A DNA stretch of 61,795 nt from a virus (Duplodnaviria > Caudoviricetes): positions 1 to 61,795 of the IMG/VR virus record IMGVR_UViG_3300031825_000009; one strand, given 5' to 3'. The notes beneath the pieces were generated by a model. The model had not been told where the DNA came from and did no database searches. It saw only the letters and a program-made list of their open reading frames with translations. The position numbers were made by a program, and so were the translations under genes. This document shows, piece after piece, positions 9,019 to 18,594 of the stretch (within the stretch, counting starts at the first letter, position 1; each line of letters begins with the position of its first letter).

Positions 9019-9803
9019 CAACCTCCAGGAGGGATCCAAAGTATCGGTTCGTTCTTCCGGTAGTCGTACTCGCCGTGCCGGAGGATGCGGGCGACGCGGG
9101 CCTGTACGAGCGCCTCCTCGGGACCGAGCTTGGCCTTTCGGAAGGCTTCCAGGACGGCGGCCCACGCCTCCTCGACGGTCCCCCACGGCGGGCTGACGCC
9201 GAACAAGATCGCTTCCGCCTTGACCGGGCCGACGCCGGGGCACCCTGCGTAGCCGTCGGTGGCGTCCCCGGTGAGGGTCTGCGTGAGGTGCCAGAAGTCC
9301 GCATCCCGGAGGGACACCTCGACGACCCCGAGGTCCGCTTTCTTCCAGTTGAAGTGCAGGCCGGGGATAGTCGCGAGGTCCTTGTCGAGGCTCACGACGA
9401 TCTTCTCGGCTCCGGGATAGAGCCGCGGGTTCGTGGCGAGGATGCCGAGGACGTCGTCAGCCTCGATGCCCGGCTTGGACCGGGCGCCCGGCTTGGCGAG
9501 GAGGTACGCCTCCAGCTCCTTGCGGATCATCGGCGGCCGGGTCTTGGCCCGGTGGGCCTTGTAGGTCGGCAGGATCGTCTTGCGGAAGTTCCGGCGGGCC
9601 GGGTCGCTCATGCAGTAGACGATCTCGTCCACCGACAGCTTGTCCCGGATGCCGGCCTCCCACTGCTCGATCAGGCCCTTGGCCTCCTCCTCGTCGGCGG
9701 TCACGGACCAGACGCCCTCGTCCCACTCGATCGCCTTCTCGACCTGGGCGGCGTACTGGTAGGCGACGATGTCCCCGTCGATCAGGGCGACGCGGTGCGT
9801 CAC
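9018..9803 (-). CDS. 5'-3' exonuclease (T7 gp6-like)
   Basis: LIDGDIVAY, PTYKAHR, EADDVLGI, SLDKDL, GDATDGYAGCPGVG. Confidence 0.92.
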   Translation of the reverse strand: MTHRVALIDGDIVAYQYAAQVEKAIEWDEGVWSVTADEEEAKGLIEQWEAGIRDKLSVDEIVYCMSDPARRNFRKTILPTYKAHRAKTRPPMIRKELEAYLLAKPGARSKPGIEADDVLGILATNPRLYPGAEKIVVSLDKDLATIPGLHFNWKKADLGVVEVSLRDADFWHLTQTLTGDATDGYAGCPGVGPVKAEAILFGVSPPWGTVEEAWAAVLEAFRKAKLGPEEALVQARVARILRHGEYDYRKNEPILWIPPGG

Positions 9804-9994
9804 GCTTCCCGGAAACCCCGGCTGATGTCCCGGCAGGGCAGGTAGAAGCCGCTCGCCGGATCGGGGCAGTAGCGGACCGCTGACGGCCTCTCCGGCGGCA
9901 CCTTGTGAACCTCCTGCATCGCGGCTACCGGGAGCCACGCGAGCGCCATAGCGCCCGCATAGCCCAGCAGGAGGCCCGCCAGCCGTCCAATCAC
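9800..9994 (-). CDS. Small hypothetical membrane/secreted protein
   Basis: GTGA-coupled ORF with hydrophobic N-terminus. Confidence 0.5.
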   Translation of the reverse strand: MIGRLAGLLLGYAGAMALAWLPVAAMQEVHKVPPERPSAVRYCPDPASGFYLPCRDISRGFREA

Positions 9995-10064
9995 GACTGC
10001 TGCGCCAAGCTCACGGCTACGGCGAAGAGGACGAGGGCGATCAAGGCGCGGGTGGCGAGGTCCA

Positions 10065-10280
10065 TCAGCGGCGAGCCCAGATGGCGGCGTACTGCTCGGC
10101 CAGCTCGATGCGGACCTCGATCAGGTCCTCGAAGGTGTCCTGGGCCACGACGACGGCGTCGACCGCAACGGCGGCGATGAACTGGGCCAGCGCTGCGGCA
10201 GCGAGAAAGAGGGCGGCGGCCGGGATGCTGGCCACGAGGGCCAGCCGGCGGAGGTAGAGGTTCTCGATCTTGGTGATCAT
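10065..10280 (-). CDS. Hypothetical membrane protein
   Basis: AAGGAG SD then ATG; hydrophobic segment. Confidence 0.6.
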   Translation of the reverse strand: MITKIENLYLRRLALVASIPAAALFLAAAALAQFIAAVAVDAVVVAQDTFEDLIEVRIELAEQYAAIWARR

Positions 10281-10588
10281 GAGGCTCCTTTGAGCAAGTT
10301 GGGGGCGTAGAAGCGGGCCATCGCAGCCAGCTCCGACCGTGATGCGGACGACTTCAGGCGGTTCGCCCGCCACGAGACGACGACCACGTTGCCCTTGATG
10401 TACCCGTGCTCCGGGATGATCTTGTCGAGGGACGGGGTGGCGTTCGTGCGGGGGCCGCCGGAGCGGTTGAGGGTGATCCCGAGGATCGGGCAGCGGTCCG
10501 GGATGACGATGTCGTCCAGGTCGATGCCGAAGGGGAGCCCGTCCCGCTTGGCCCGGTAGCGGGCGGAGCTGAGGAGGCGGCGCTCTAT
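10277..10588 (-). CDS. HNH-like endonuclease (T7 gp7.7-like); start uncertain, possibly ATA
   Basis: CPILG...PSLDKIIPEHGYIKGNVVVVSWRANRLK motif. Confidence 0.7.
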   Translation of the reverse strand: MERRLLSSARYRAKRDGLPFGIDLDDIVIPDRCPILGITLNRSGGPRTNATPSLDKIIPEHGYIKGNVVVVSWRANRLKSSASRSELAAMARFYAPNLLKGAS

Positions 10589-10595
10589 CGCGCGG

Positions 10596-12560
10596 TCAGT
10601 GGGTGTCTTTCCAGGACTGGCCGATGACGGACTGGCCGTCGAGGGGACACCCGAAGTCGAAGTGCGTGCCAGCGTCAATGATCGCTTGTTCTGCGGTCTT
10701 TCCGACGAAATCGGCCCACTTCTCTGCTACGTCGATCTGCCACTCGTCATGGACGTTCGCGGCAAACTCATAGTCCACGCCGGGGACGAGCCCGGCTTCT
10801 TGTAGGCGCTTGTCCAGGAAGACGAGGGCCTGCTTCATGAGGATCGCCCCGGCGCTCTGGAGGAGCGTGTTGAGGGCGGCGTGAGCGGACCGGACGTGCA
10901 GCTTGCGCCCGTCCAGCCCGATGAGAAAGCCGCGGGTTTCCACCCGCTTTGCGATCCGCTGCACGAGGGTCCCGAGGGCCGGGAGGCTCCGCAGGAAGGT
11001 CTTGCGGGACCGCTCACCAGCGGCGGCAGCGACCTTGTCGACGCGGCTCCCGTCACGGCGCTTGGTCCAGTGATCCGGGTTCGTCGGGTCGCCCCGCTTC
11101 CCCATGATCCAGCCGAGCTTCTCGTTCCCGGCCCCGTAGATGAAGGCATAGAACCAGGTCTTGGCGATGTCCCGGCCCTTGGTCGGGGTGCCGTCGACTA
11201 GGTACTCCGCCTTCGGGTCCAGCCCGAGCGCCCGGCAGTTGACCGAGTGCATGTCCGTCCCGAGGTCCTTGTTCCCCTCCAGGACGGTCTTGATGTAGGC
11301 GCCACCGTCGATCGGAGCGAGGTAGCCGGCGAGGCAGCGCAGTTCCAGGGCGTCGGCATCGCAGCCCACGAGGCGTCCGAGAGAGTGCTCGAAGAGGTCC
11401 CGGCACTCGTGCCCATAGGGAGAGCCGCTCGACGGCACTTGGCCCATGTTGGGCTCCATGTGCGTCATGCGGCCGGTTACGGCGCCGTTGGTGACGATCG
11501 ACCCGTGGAGGCGCCCGTTGCGCTCCATCTTGAGCCACGCCATGCGGCCCTCGGCGAGCATCCCGATGCGCTTCTGGATCATCAGGTACTCGGAAAGCGG
11601 CTTGGCCTCCGGGTAGGGGAGCGTCGAGAGGACGGTGTCGTCGACCGTCGGCTTGCCGTCCTTACCGAACTCGGCGGGCTCCCATCCCCGCAGCTTGATG
11701 AGCCGGTCGGCGATGTGGTCGCGCGAGGACGGGTTGAAGTCGATCAGCTCGATCTTCTGGTAGACGGCCTCTTCGTGGTAGGTGGTCGGAGAGTGGACAC
11801 CCTTCCGCATGACGCGGGTCTTCTTGACGGTGACCACCTCTCGGCCACGGAACCAAGGTGGGAAGATCGTGCGGAGGTCCCGCTCCAGGTCGCAGCGCTT
11901 CTGGACCAGATGGCCGTAGAGCTTGCGGGCCTTCTCGACGTTGAACCGGAACCCCCAGGCTTCCTGCCGCAGGACGATCCGGGCGACGTCGTGCTCCAGC
12001 TCGATGCACTGTTCGGAGAACGGGATCGGGTCCTTGTCGCCCACGCCGGCAAGGCGGAGCAGGGCCTTCTTCCAGAGCCGCACGGTGACCCGCACGTCCT
12101 GGTCCATGTAGTCCTGCATCTCCTGGGACCAGCGATCCCAGGGGCCTTCGAACTCGCCCTTGTAGAGCCCGAGCCGGTGGCCGAACGCTTCGAGGCTGTA
12201 CTTGCCGATCAGCCTGGACGGGAACTGTCCATTCTCACGGCGGCGGAAGTCGGTGTCCTTGATGTCCGCCCATAGGACCCGAGCCATGAGCATCGTGTCG
12301 CGGGCCTGAGCGGACGTCCGCCACTCCGGGTAGACCTTCTGGATCGCTCGAAGGTCGAAGCCGACGATGTTGTGCCCGACGATCAGGTCGGCGTCGGCGA
12401 GGAGCCGTAGGCCGTGCTCGATCGGAAAGTAGTTCGGGCTGTCGTCCGTGCAGGAGATCAGCTCGTCCGTGTCGAGGTCGATCAGGGCGAGGCAGTGGAC
12501 GCGGGTGAGGTCTTCGAGGAAGCCGTCGGTCTCGACGTCGAAAGCGAAGCGGCGGCCTAT
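10596..12560 (-). CDS. DNA polymerase family A (T7 gp5-like); putative ATA start at 12560
   Basis: Exo I FDVETDG and Exo II GHNIVGFD lie upstream of the first ATG in the same open frame; DADALELR, AKTWFYAFIYG, NVHDEWQ motifs. Confidence 0.93.
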   Translation of the reverse strand: MGRRFAFDVETDGFLEDLTRVHCLALIDLDTDELISCTDDSPNYFPIEHGLRLLADADLIVGHNIVGFDLRAIQKVYPEWRTSAQARDTMLMARVLWADIKDTDFRRRENGQFPSRLIGKYSLEAFGHRLGLYKGEFEGPWDRWSQEMQDYMDQDVRVTVRLWKKALLRLAGVGDKDPIPFSEQCIELEHDVARIVLRQEAWGFRFNVEKARKLYGHLVQKRCDLERDLRTIFPPWFRGREVVTVKKTRVMRKGVHSPTTYHEEAVYQKIELIDFNPSSRDHIADRLIKLRGWEPAEFGKDGKPTVDDTVLSTLPYPEAKPLSEYLMIQKRIGMLAEGRMAWLKMERNGRLHGSIVTNGAVTGRMTHMEPNMGQVPSSGSPYGHECRDLFEHSLGRLVGCDADALELRCLAGYLAPIDGGAYIKTVLEGNKDLGTDMHSVNCRALGLDPKAEYLVDGTPTKGRDIAKTWFYAFIYGAGNEKLGWIMGKRGDPTNPDHWTKRRDGSRVDKVAAAAGERSRKTFLRSLPALGTLVQRIAKRVETRGFLIGLDGRKLHVRSAHAALNTLLQSAGAILMKQALVFLDKRLQEAGLVPGVDYEFAANVHDEWQIDVAEKWADFVGKTAEQAIIDAGTHFDFGCPLDGQSVIGQSWKDTH

Positions 12561-12784
12561 CGGGGTACCACCTTGAACGTCTTGCGGGCGGCCGCCGCCT
12601 TCCGGTTCATGCTCTTCCGAGCAAGCTGGAGTGCGACCGCGTTGTGGTAGGTCTTGGCCCGGCCGAAGGTCTCCCGCGCGGCGGCGACGAGGTCGCTCTC
12701 CAGGACGGTGGCCTTGACGAGGTCAGAAGGAGCCGGTCTCGGCGCCGGCTGCGGGATCACCATAAGTGCCGAACCCGTGGTCAT
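12557..12784 (-). CDS. Hypothetical protein
   Basis: GGAGG SD then ATG; fills the helicase-polymerase gap. Confidence 0.6.
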   Translation of the reverse strand: MTTGSALMVIPQPAPRPAPSDLVKATVLESDLVAAARETFGRAKTYHNAVALQLARKSMNRKAAAARKTFKVVPR

Positions 12785-14393
12785 CGGATGCCTCCTTTGT
12801 GGGGTCGCCCTCCAGCTCCACCAGCCGCCCTCGGCCGGGGTCGTACCCGAAGAACACGCACTGGCCGGTCGATTGGCCGGTGTAGCGGTCCTTGAGGACG
12901 CGGAAGGTGGTCGTGGAGCGGGCGACGAGGTCCTCGGCCTGCTGATTTCTCTCCAGGCCGAACATGAAGTGGCACCAGAAGCCGATGGCCCTGGAGCCCT
13001 TGAAGTGCCGGATCATCACCCGGCCGCCCTCCTCGTGGGGCTTGCCCTCGGGGGTGGCGAGGTGGCTGACGAGGTGGATGACGACGTCCAGTTCCTTCAC
13101 CAGGGCGCCCATCTCGGACATGATCCGCTCAAGCGCCGTGCGTTCGTCGTCCTCCGCCGCGGCAAGCGCGGTGAGGTGGTCGACGTAGAACAGGCGGACA
13201 CCGGCCGAGTGGGCCAGGAAGCGGATGATGGTCTGGATGACCGACCAGTCCGTCGCCCCGAAGCTGTCGTAGAGGTAGAGCTTGCCGCTCCCCTCCAGGC
13301 TGTCGAGCGCTTCGATCAGCTCGGGGCCGGTCCAGCTCCCGTCCGGGACGTGGAACCGCTTGCCGGCCAGCTTCCCGGCGATCCGCTTGATCGTCTCGAC
13401 GGGCTGCTGTTCCAGGGCGAAGACCGCCACCGGCTCCTTCAGGTGCGTGATGTCGAACTGGATCTGCTCGGTGAGGAAGTCCGTCTTGCCGACGCCGGTG
13501 CCGGCGCCGAAGGCGTAAATCTCGCCGGTCCTGCGGCCGTAGGTCAGCTTGGTGAGCTGAGGGGTCCACCAGGGGAGGCCCATGACCGGGTCTTCGAGGA
13601 CCCTGTCGCGGACGTCCGAGATCGTCACGACCCCGTCCGGGCGGAACTCTCGGGCGCCCCAGATGGCGGAGATGATCTCGCCCTCCCGGCCGGCCTTGAG
13701 CATCTCGCTCGCGTCCTTCAGGGGGAGCTTGGCGATCTTGCAGCGCCCCGGCGGGAAGAGCTGAGCGCAGTCCTGGGCGGCGGACCGGCCGACGTCGTCC
13801 TCGTCGAACATGAGGACAACCGTGTCGAACCGGAGAAGCCACTGGAGCGCCTTGGATAGGGACTTGCGGGCGCCCTGAGCGCCGTTCGGGACCGACACCA
13901 CGGGCCACTTGTTGCCCTGGGCCTGGGAGACCGACAGCGCGTCGATCTCACCCTCGGTGATGACGATCATCTTGCCGGCGTCGCGCCAAAGGTGCTGGCC
14001 GTAGAGGCCCGCCGCCTTGGTGTCGCCGAGGAACCGGAAGTCCTTGTTCTTGAACCGGACCTTCTGGGCGACGATGCGCCCGGTATCGGGGTCCCGGTAG
14101 TTGGCGACCTGGACAGTCTGGCCGCCGAGGTTGCTGACCGTGTAGCCCCACTTGCGGCAGGTCTCGTCGGTCAGCCTGCGGGCCGAGAGGGGCTGGGCCT
14201 CTCCCGGCTCGATCAGGTCAGATGACAGGCGATGCGTCTCCTTTCGGTCTGGTCGATCCTGCCCGTCGCCGGGCTCGTAGTGGCCGCACCCGAAGCAGTA
14301 GGCGTGGCCGTCGGAGTACCGGGCGAGGTTGTCGCGGGAGCCGCACGCTGGGCACGGCTCCTTGTGGAGGAAGGAGCTGTCGTCCTGGATCGT
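12723..14393 (-). CDS. Primase/helicase (T7 gp4-like); no canonical start for the Zn-finger N-terminus
   Basis: CPACGSRD...CFGC zinc finger, TOPRIM ITEGEIDALS, Walker A GAGTGVGKT and VDHL in one uninterrupted frame from 14408. Confidence 0.93.
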   Translation of the reverse strand, partial: TIQDDSSFLHKEPCPACGSRDNLARYSDGHAYCFGCGHYEPGDGQDRPDRKETHRLSSDLIEPGEAQPLSARRLTDETCRKWGYTVSNLGGQTVQVANYRDPDTGRIVAQKVRFKNKDFRFLGDTKAAGLYGQHLWRDAGKMIVITEGEIDALSVSQAQGNKWPVVSVPNGAQGARKSLSKALQWLLRFDTVVLMFDEDDVGRSAAQDCAQLFPPGRCKIAKLPLKDASEMLKAGREGEIISAIWGAREFRPDGVVTISDVRDRVLEDPVMGLPWWTPQLTKLTYGRRTGEIYAFGAGTGVGKTDFLTEQIQFDITHLKEPVAVFALEQQPVETIKRIAGKLAGKRFHVPDGSWTGPELIEALDSLEGSGKLYLYDSFGATDWSVIQTIIRFLAHSAGVRLFYVDHLTALAAAEDDERTALERIMSEMGALVKELDVVIHLVSHLATPEGKPHEEGGRVMIRHFKGSRAIGFWCHFMFGLERNQQAEDLVARSTTTFRVLKDRYTGQSTGQCVFFGYDPGRGRLVELEGDPTKEASDDHGFGTYGDPAAGAETGSF

Positions 14394-14400
14394 GTGGGGC

Positions 14401-14811
14401 TCACTCGATCATGGGGAGGCTGCCGAAGTCGTAGCTGCGCCCCGTCGGCGTCGGCTCGATGCGGACAACCCGGAGGGCCGTCGCGGGATCGCGCACCATC
14501 AGCACGAATGGCTGGGAGGCGGCCGCGGCATCGGGATCGCAGACGATCCGGCACGACTGGCGGGCCATCAGGTCCGCGTCCGGGCCGCCCGTGGTCGAGA
14601 TCCAGGTCCAGCGCCCTGGCAGGGTCACGGCAGGGGTGATCAGCTCGGCCTCGCCCGTTTCCGGGTCGGGCTCGCCGCGGACTTCCTCGGCGAGGTAGAC
14701 CGTCACGCCGGCGATCACGTGGCCGGTCAGGCGGCCCTCGACGACGCGGTCGGCGAGATCGGCCAGCAGCGCGGCCTCGTCGGGGTGGCAGAGGAGGTGA
14801 TCGGCGCTCAC
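14401..14811 (-). CDS. Hypothetical protein
   Basis: GTGA-coupled to the upstream gene. Confidence 0.55.
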   Translation of the reverse strand: MSADHLLCHPDEAALLADLADRVVEGRLTGHVIAGVTVYLAEEVRGEPDPETGEAELITPAVTLPGRWTWISTTGGPDADLMARQSCRIVCDPDAAAASQPFVLMVRDPATALRVVRIEPTPTGRSYDFGSLPMIE

Positions 14812-16076
14812 GCGGCGTTCACCCATGCCTGGAGGTCGGCGTCGGCTAGCTGCGCCGGGCGATAGCTCAATCGCTCCAGCCAGCCGTCGAGTTGTAGCCC
14901 GAAATACTGCTGACCGATGTAGAGAGTGGCGGGTGACGCGACAGGGGTCGTGAGCGTCCCGTTTGTTGCCGGCGAGCCGCCGTTGCGGCTGATCTTGAGC
15001 CCGGCTGGCCCGTAGGAGCAGGCGATCACCTCGCGCTGCCCTGCCACCGCCACGCCAGCCTCGATGCGCCCCACCTCGGCGCCCGCCGACGTCAAAATCC
15101 ATGCGAGGTTGTTAGCGCCGGTGGTGGCGCGGAGGAACAACTGCGCCGTGCCGGCCGCATTCGAGATCGAGAACACGTCCCGACCCGCGGCCGTCAGCGC
15201 GGGGATCTTGTAGACGGCCCGGATCGTCCCGGCGGACTGACTGCCCCACGGCTCGAACGGCAGCAACACCCCGTCCGCGTAGCGCACCGCCGTAGAAGCG
15301 CCGGTCGGCATGTAGCTCGTTGGCGTGCCGCGCAGTTCAACCTGCACACCCCACACGTCGGCACACGAGACGCCGTTCCCGGTATAGCTGTTGTTTCCGG
15401 AGGGGTCCCAAAGGCCGATGTAGACGTTTCCGGTCGTGTTCGTCTTCGTGATCGTCGCCCGGACGCGGTAGACGCCCGGACCCCAGGGCTTGACGGACGC
15501 CGTAACTCCGGCCGACGAGACGACTGCGCCCGTCGCCGGGTTGAATACGCCAGAACCTTCGCCGTGGGCGGTCAGGAACACATGCCGAGCCGGCCCGATG
15601 CCGGTCGCTCGGACGAACGCCGTGATCGTCAGGACGTCGCCGATGACCAGCGTGCCGATATTCTGGAAGACGTAGTGCTGGCCGGCGGCGGTGCCCTCGG
15701 TGATCCGCCCGAACGCCTGGACGCCGTCGGGTGCCGTAGCACCAGCGACGACAGTCGCCCCGCCCTTGCCCCATGCGGCATTGGCGAGGTCGCCCGAGCG
15801 CAGCACTCTGTTCTCGGACTGCGGCTCGAGTTGAAGGCCAAGCGCCGCACCGGCATCGTCGTGGTCGCGGGAGATGGCGTTGTTGCCCGCCGCCTGAAGC
15901 ACGCCGAAAGCGTCCTTGAAGCCGCGTGCGGACGGTCGCGAGACGCTGAGAGCGACGTCCGGCCGGGTGTTCCGGCCCGCCACCCACATGCGCCACTTCA
16001 GGAAGTCGATGTCGAGCGTTCGGCCGTCCTGCGGCGCCCACCGGCCGGCCCGCCTGGGGCCGATCATGGGGAGCAT
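14808..16076 (-). CDS. Beta-rich fibre/spike-like protein with LamG/ConA-like C-terminus
   Basis: GLQLEPQSENRV, WGVQVE...PTSYMPT...R-AD and LDGWLERLSYRPAQLADADLQA motifs typical of phage fibre/head-spike proteins. Confidence 0.6.
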   Translation of the reverse strand: MLPMIGPRRAGRWAPQDGRTLDIDFLKWRMWVAGRNTRPDVALSVSRPSARGFKDAFGVLQAAGNNAISRDHDDAGAALGLQLEPQSENRVLRSGDLANAAWGKGGATVVAGATAPDGVQAFGRITEGTAAGQHYVFQNIGTLVIGDVLTITAFVRATGIGPARHVFLTAHGEGSGVFNPATGAVVSSAGVTASVKPWGPGVYRVRATITKTNTTGNVYIGLWDPSGNNSYTGNGVSCADVWGVQVELRGTPTSYMPTGASTAVRYADGVLLPFEPWGSQSAGTIRAVYKIPALTAAGRDVFSISNAAGTAQLFLRATTGANNLAWILTSAGAEVGRIEAGVAVAGQREVIACSYGPAGLKISRNGGSPATNGTLTTPVASPATLYIGQQYFGLQLDGWLERLSYRPAQLADADLQAWVNAA

Positions 16077-16081
16077 CCGGG

Positions 16082-16390
16082 TCAGAACGCCGTGATGTTG
16101 AGCGAGGCGGCCGTGACGCCAGCGGCGCCGATCGCCGCGATCTTCTCCCCGCCGGCAACCGCGAAGTACGCCTCCTGCCCACCGATCAGGAGGGTCGAGG
16201 ACGTGGTCGCGGTCGGGTTCGCGCCGGCCACAACGTGGACGTTGTCGGTGGCGACGAGGCGGACGAGGCGGGCGCCAGCCTGGAGGGCGGCGCTCTGGGC
16301 GCTGGTGCCGGTCACGGCGAGGGTCTGGCTGGTGCTCCCCGGAAGGACCGGGGCCTGCATAAGGTTCTGGTGAATGTCACGGCCGAGCAT
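16082..16390 (-). CDS. Small beta-sandwich phage protein (possible spike-base/decoration protein)
   Basis: AAAGGA SD then ATG; VRLVATDNVHV...NPTAT...GEKIAAI pattern. Confidence 0.55.
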   Translation of the reverse strand: MLGRDIHQNLMQAPVLPGSTSQTLAVTGTSAQSAALQAGARLVRLVATDNVHVVAGANPTATTSSTLLIGGQEAYFAVAGGEKIAAIGAAGVTAASLNITAF

Positions 16391-16476
16391 GCGGCGCTGG
16401 TGTCCTTTCTGAGAGGGAGTGGAAGGAGGGAGGCCGGCCCCGCGGAGGGAGCCGCTAGGACCGGCCAGTGTAGGTG

Positions 16477-17874
16477 TTAGGACGCCTCGGCGCGGCGGGC
16501 GTCGAAGGCTTCGAAGACGTGGAAAGTCCGGCCAGGGAACTTCTTGGCGAGACGGTAGGCTTCCCGCGCGGCGTCGTACCGGTTCTGGTGAACCTTCGGG
16601 GCGGGCGCCGGGGCGAGCTTGCCGCCGACCTCCTCGATCACGATGCAGCCGTCGAACCGGGCGGCGGCCTCGACCACCGGCTCCAGCTTGGGCAGCTTCA
16701 CGAGGCGGCCACCAGCGTACTCGTCGATCCACCAGCCGCGGCCGCTGGGAACATTCCCGTGGCAGGTGTGGCCACGGTCCCACCCATCGATCTCCACGCC
16801 GGGGAAGGCGACGAAGCCGGCGGACAGGCACCGGAAGACCCCCTCGTGGCCGTCGCTGCGGGAGCCCGGCCAGACGATCAGGACACGGTCGCCATTCTTG
16901 AGGTCCTTCGGGTCGGCCTGGGCCAGCTCGAAGTCCTCCGGGGAGTAGCCGCCGTCCATCTGCGAATTGTGGTCCTTGATCCAGCGGACGTAGAGGAACT
17001 TGTTCAGCCTGTTGGGCACCTTCTCGATGACCGCCAGGGCGCCCTTGCTGGCGGACATACCACGGTTGTTGACGAGGCGGACGACGTCGCCCTTCTCGAA
17101 CGTCGGCTTGGCGGGCTCGGTCGGGAGCTTCTTCAGGCCATACCGCGGGACGTACCAGCAGTGGCCGTCCTTGAAGCGCTTGCCGCTCTTCGTTCCGCCG
17201 AGGCCGTCGTGGCCGCCGACGTGCTGGTCACACTCCACGAGCGGGTTGGACGAGCTGCGGGCGAAGTCGACGACCGTTCCCGTGACTCCGAGGGCCGCCC
17301 GGTTCGTCCCGATGCGGCCGACGATCTGGACCCGATCCCCCACCTTGAAGCCGCCCGAGGCGGGCGCCGTCTTCTGGGCCTCCTTCACCTCCTCCGGGAG
17401 GCGCTCGACGAGGGTCTGGGAGGGATCGCGGTTGATGCGCTGGCCGTCCAGGCTGTACCAGCGGCGGCTCATCGACGTGCGGTCGGCACTGGTCCCGAGG
17501 GAGACGACCCGAGCGCCGACCGGGTAGCCGCCGCTGTCGTGGGGCTCGAACTCCCTCACCTCGACGATCGTGCCGTCGGCCTGCTTGAAGCGGCGCCCGA
17601 CGTCGTCCTTGGTGATCTCCAGGGGCGCCGTGGCGACGTGCTTGAGCTGGGCCTGCGGGACATTCCAGCAGGTGCCGTCGGCGAACTCCTTGCCCGCCCG
17701 GCCGCAACCGTTGTGTCCATCGAAGCCGGGACCGAAGTCGACGAGGAAGGTGCTCCAGCGGCCGCTCGGGGTGTCCTTCACGACGCCATCGCGGTCGATG
17801 TTCCGCCCGTCGTAGTTACCCACGCCGCGGACCTTGTCGCCGACCTTGAACACGTTCGAATGCTCGTTCGTCAT
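16477..17874 (-). CDS. Multi-repeat protein with SH3/KOW-like modules
   Basis: Repeated FKVGDxV starts and GH(N/D)G...CW(N/Y)VP motifs. Confidence 0.7.
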   Translation of the reverse strand: MTNEHSNVFKVGDKVRGVGNYDGRNIDRDGVVKDTPSGRWSTFLVDFGPGFDGHNGCGRAGKEFADGTCWNVPQAQLKHVATAPLEITKDDVGRRFKQADGTIVEVREFEPHDSGGYPVGARVVSLGTSADRTSMSRRWYSLDGQRINRDPSQTLVERLPEEVKEAQKTAPASGGFKVGDRVQIVGRIGTNRAALGVTGTVVDFARSSSNPLVECDQHVGGHDGLGGTKSGKRFKDGHCWYVPRYGLKKLPTEPAKPTFEKGDVVRLVNNRGMSASKGALAVIEKVPNRLNKFLYVRWIKDHNSQMDGGYSPEDFELAQADPKDLKNGDRVLIVWPGSRSDGHEGVFRCLSAGFVAFPGVEIDGWDRGHTCHGNVPSGRGWWIDEYAGGRLVKLPKLEPVVEAAARFDGCIVIEEVGGKLAPAPAPKVHQNRYDAAREAYRLAKKFPGRTFHVFEAFDARRAEAS

Positions 17875-17930
17875 GCTGAGCTTGCTCTCGTTCTGCTTGC
17901 GTTCGTTCTGGGGAGGTTCTTGGTCGACCG

Positions 17931-18503
17931 TCAGCGGGTCTCGGGGGAGACCGGGGCGACGAGGTCGAAGTCGGACTTCTTGTGGGTGTGGCTCATGGCG
18001 CCGGGGGTGTGCCGGGCGGTGCCGTCGGCATTCCAGACGAAGCCGTCGCCGACCTTCTGGATGAAGCCGGGGTAGTGGAACGTCTTCATCGGGCCGTAGA
18101 CCTCGCCGTTCCTGGCGCGGTACTTCTTGCCCACCCTGACGACGATCGGGGCCGCCGGGGCGGGCTGCTTCTCGCGCTCGATCTTGTCGCCGATCTGGCG
18201 GGTCTTGAGGTCCTGCCCGTAGCTCACCGGCTTCTGGCCGACGAGGTAGTAGCGGGCGTAGCGCTGGCCGTTGACGTCCATCTTCGGGACCGAGACGATG
18301 TCGTAGCCGGCCGCCTTCAGGTCGCAGATGCGCCGGCTCAGGGAGCGGCAGCGGTAGAGCGCCTGGGCTTCGATGGCCGAGATGTGGCCCGGCCCGCCGG
18401 CCGCCGGCATCAGGTGCCGAAGGATCAGCTCGTTCATGGACTTGGCGTTGACGCGCTGGAACGGGCTGGCCTTGACGGCCCTGGTCTTCGGCTTCGTGGT
18501 CAT
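17931..18503 (-). CDS. Winged HTH DNA-binding protein
   Basis: ISAIEAQALYRCRSLSRRICDLKAAGYDI...YARYYL. Confidence 0.7.
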   Translation of the reverse strand: MTTKPKTRAVKASPFQRVNAKSMNELILRHLMPAAGGPGHISAIEAQALYRCRSLSRRICDLKAAGYDIVSVPKMDVNGQRYARYYLVGQKPVSYGQDLKTRQIGDKIEREKQPAPAAPIVVRVGKKYRARNGEVYGPMKTFHYPGFIQKVGDGFVWNADGTARHTPGAMSHTHKKSDFDLVAPVSPETR

Positions 18504-18594
18504 GGGTGTTCGTTCCCTGTTGAGGGTGCCTAGAGAGGCTCGATGGGTGGGGGTGAAGGGGCGGCCCCAGGAAGGTCCCAGGGCCGCCGTGAGG

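Noticed and set aside
10596-13970. ORF-track starts for polymerase (12293) and primase (13970), or pseudogene calls
   Set aside because: Conserved exonuclease and zinc-finger/primase domains continue upstream in the same stop-free frame
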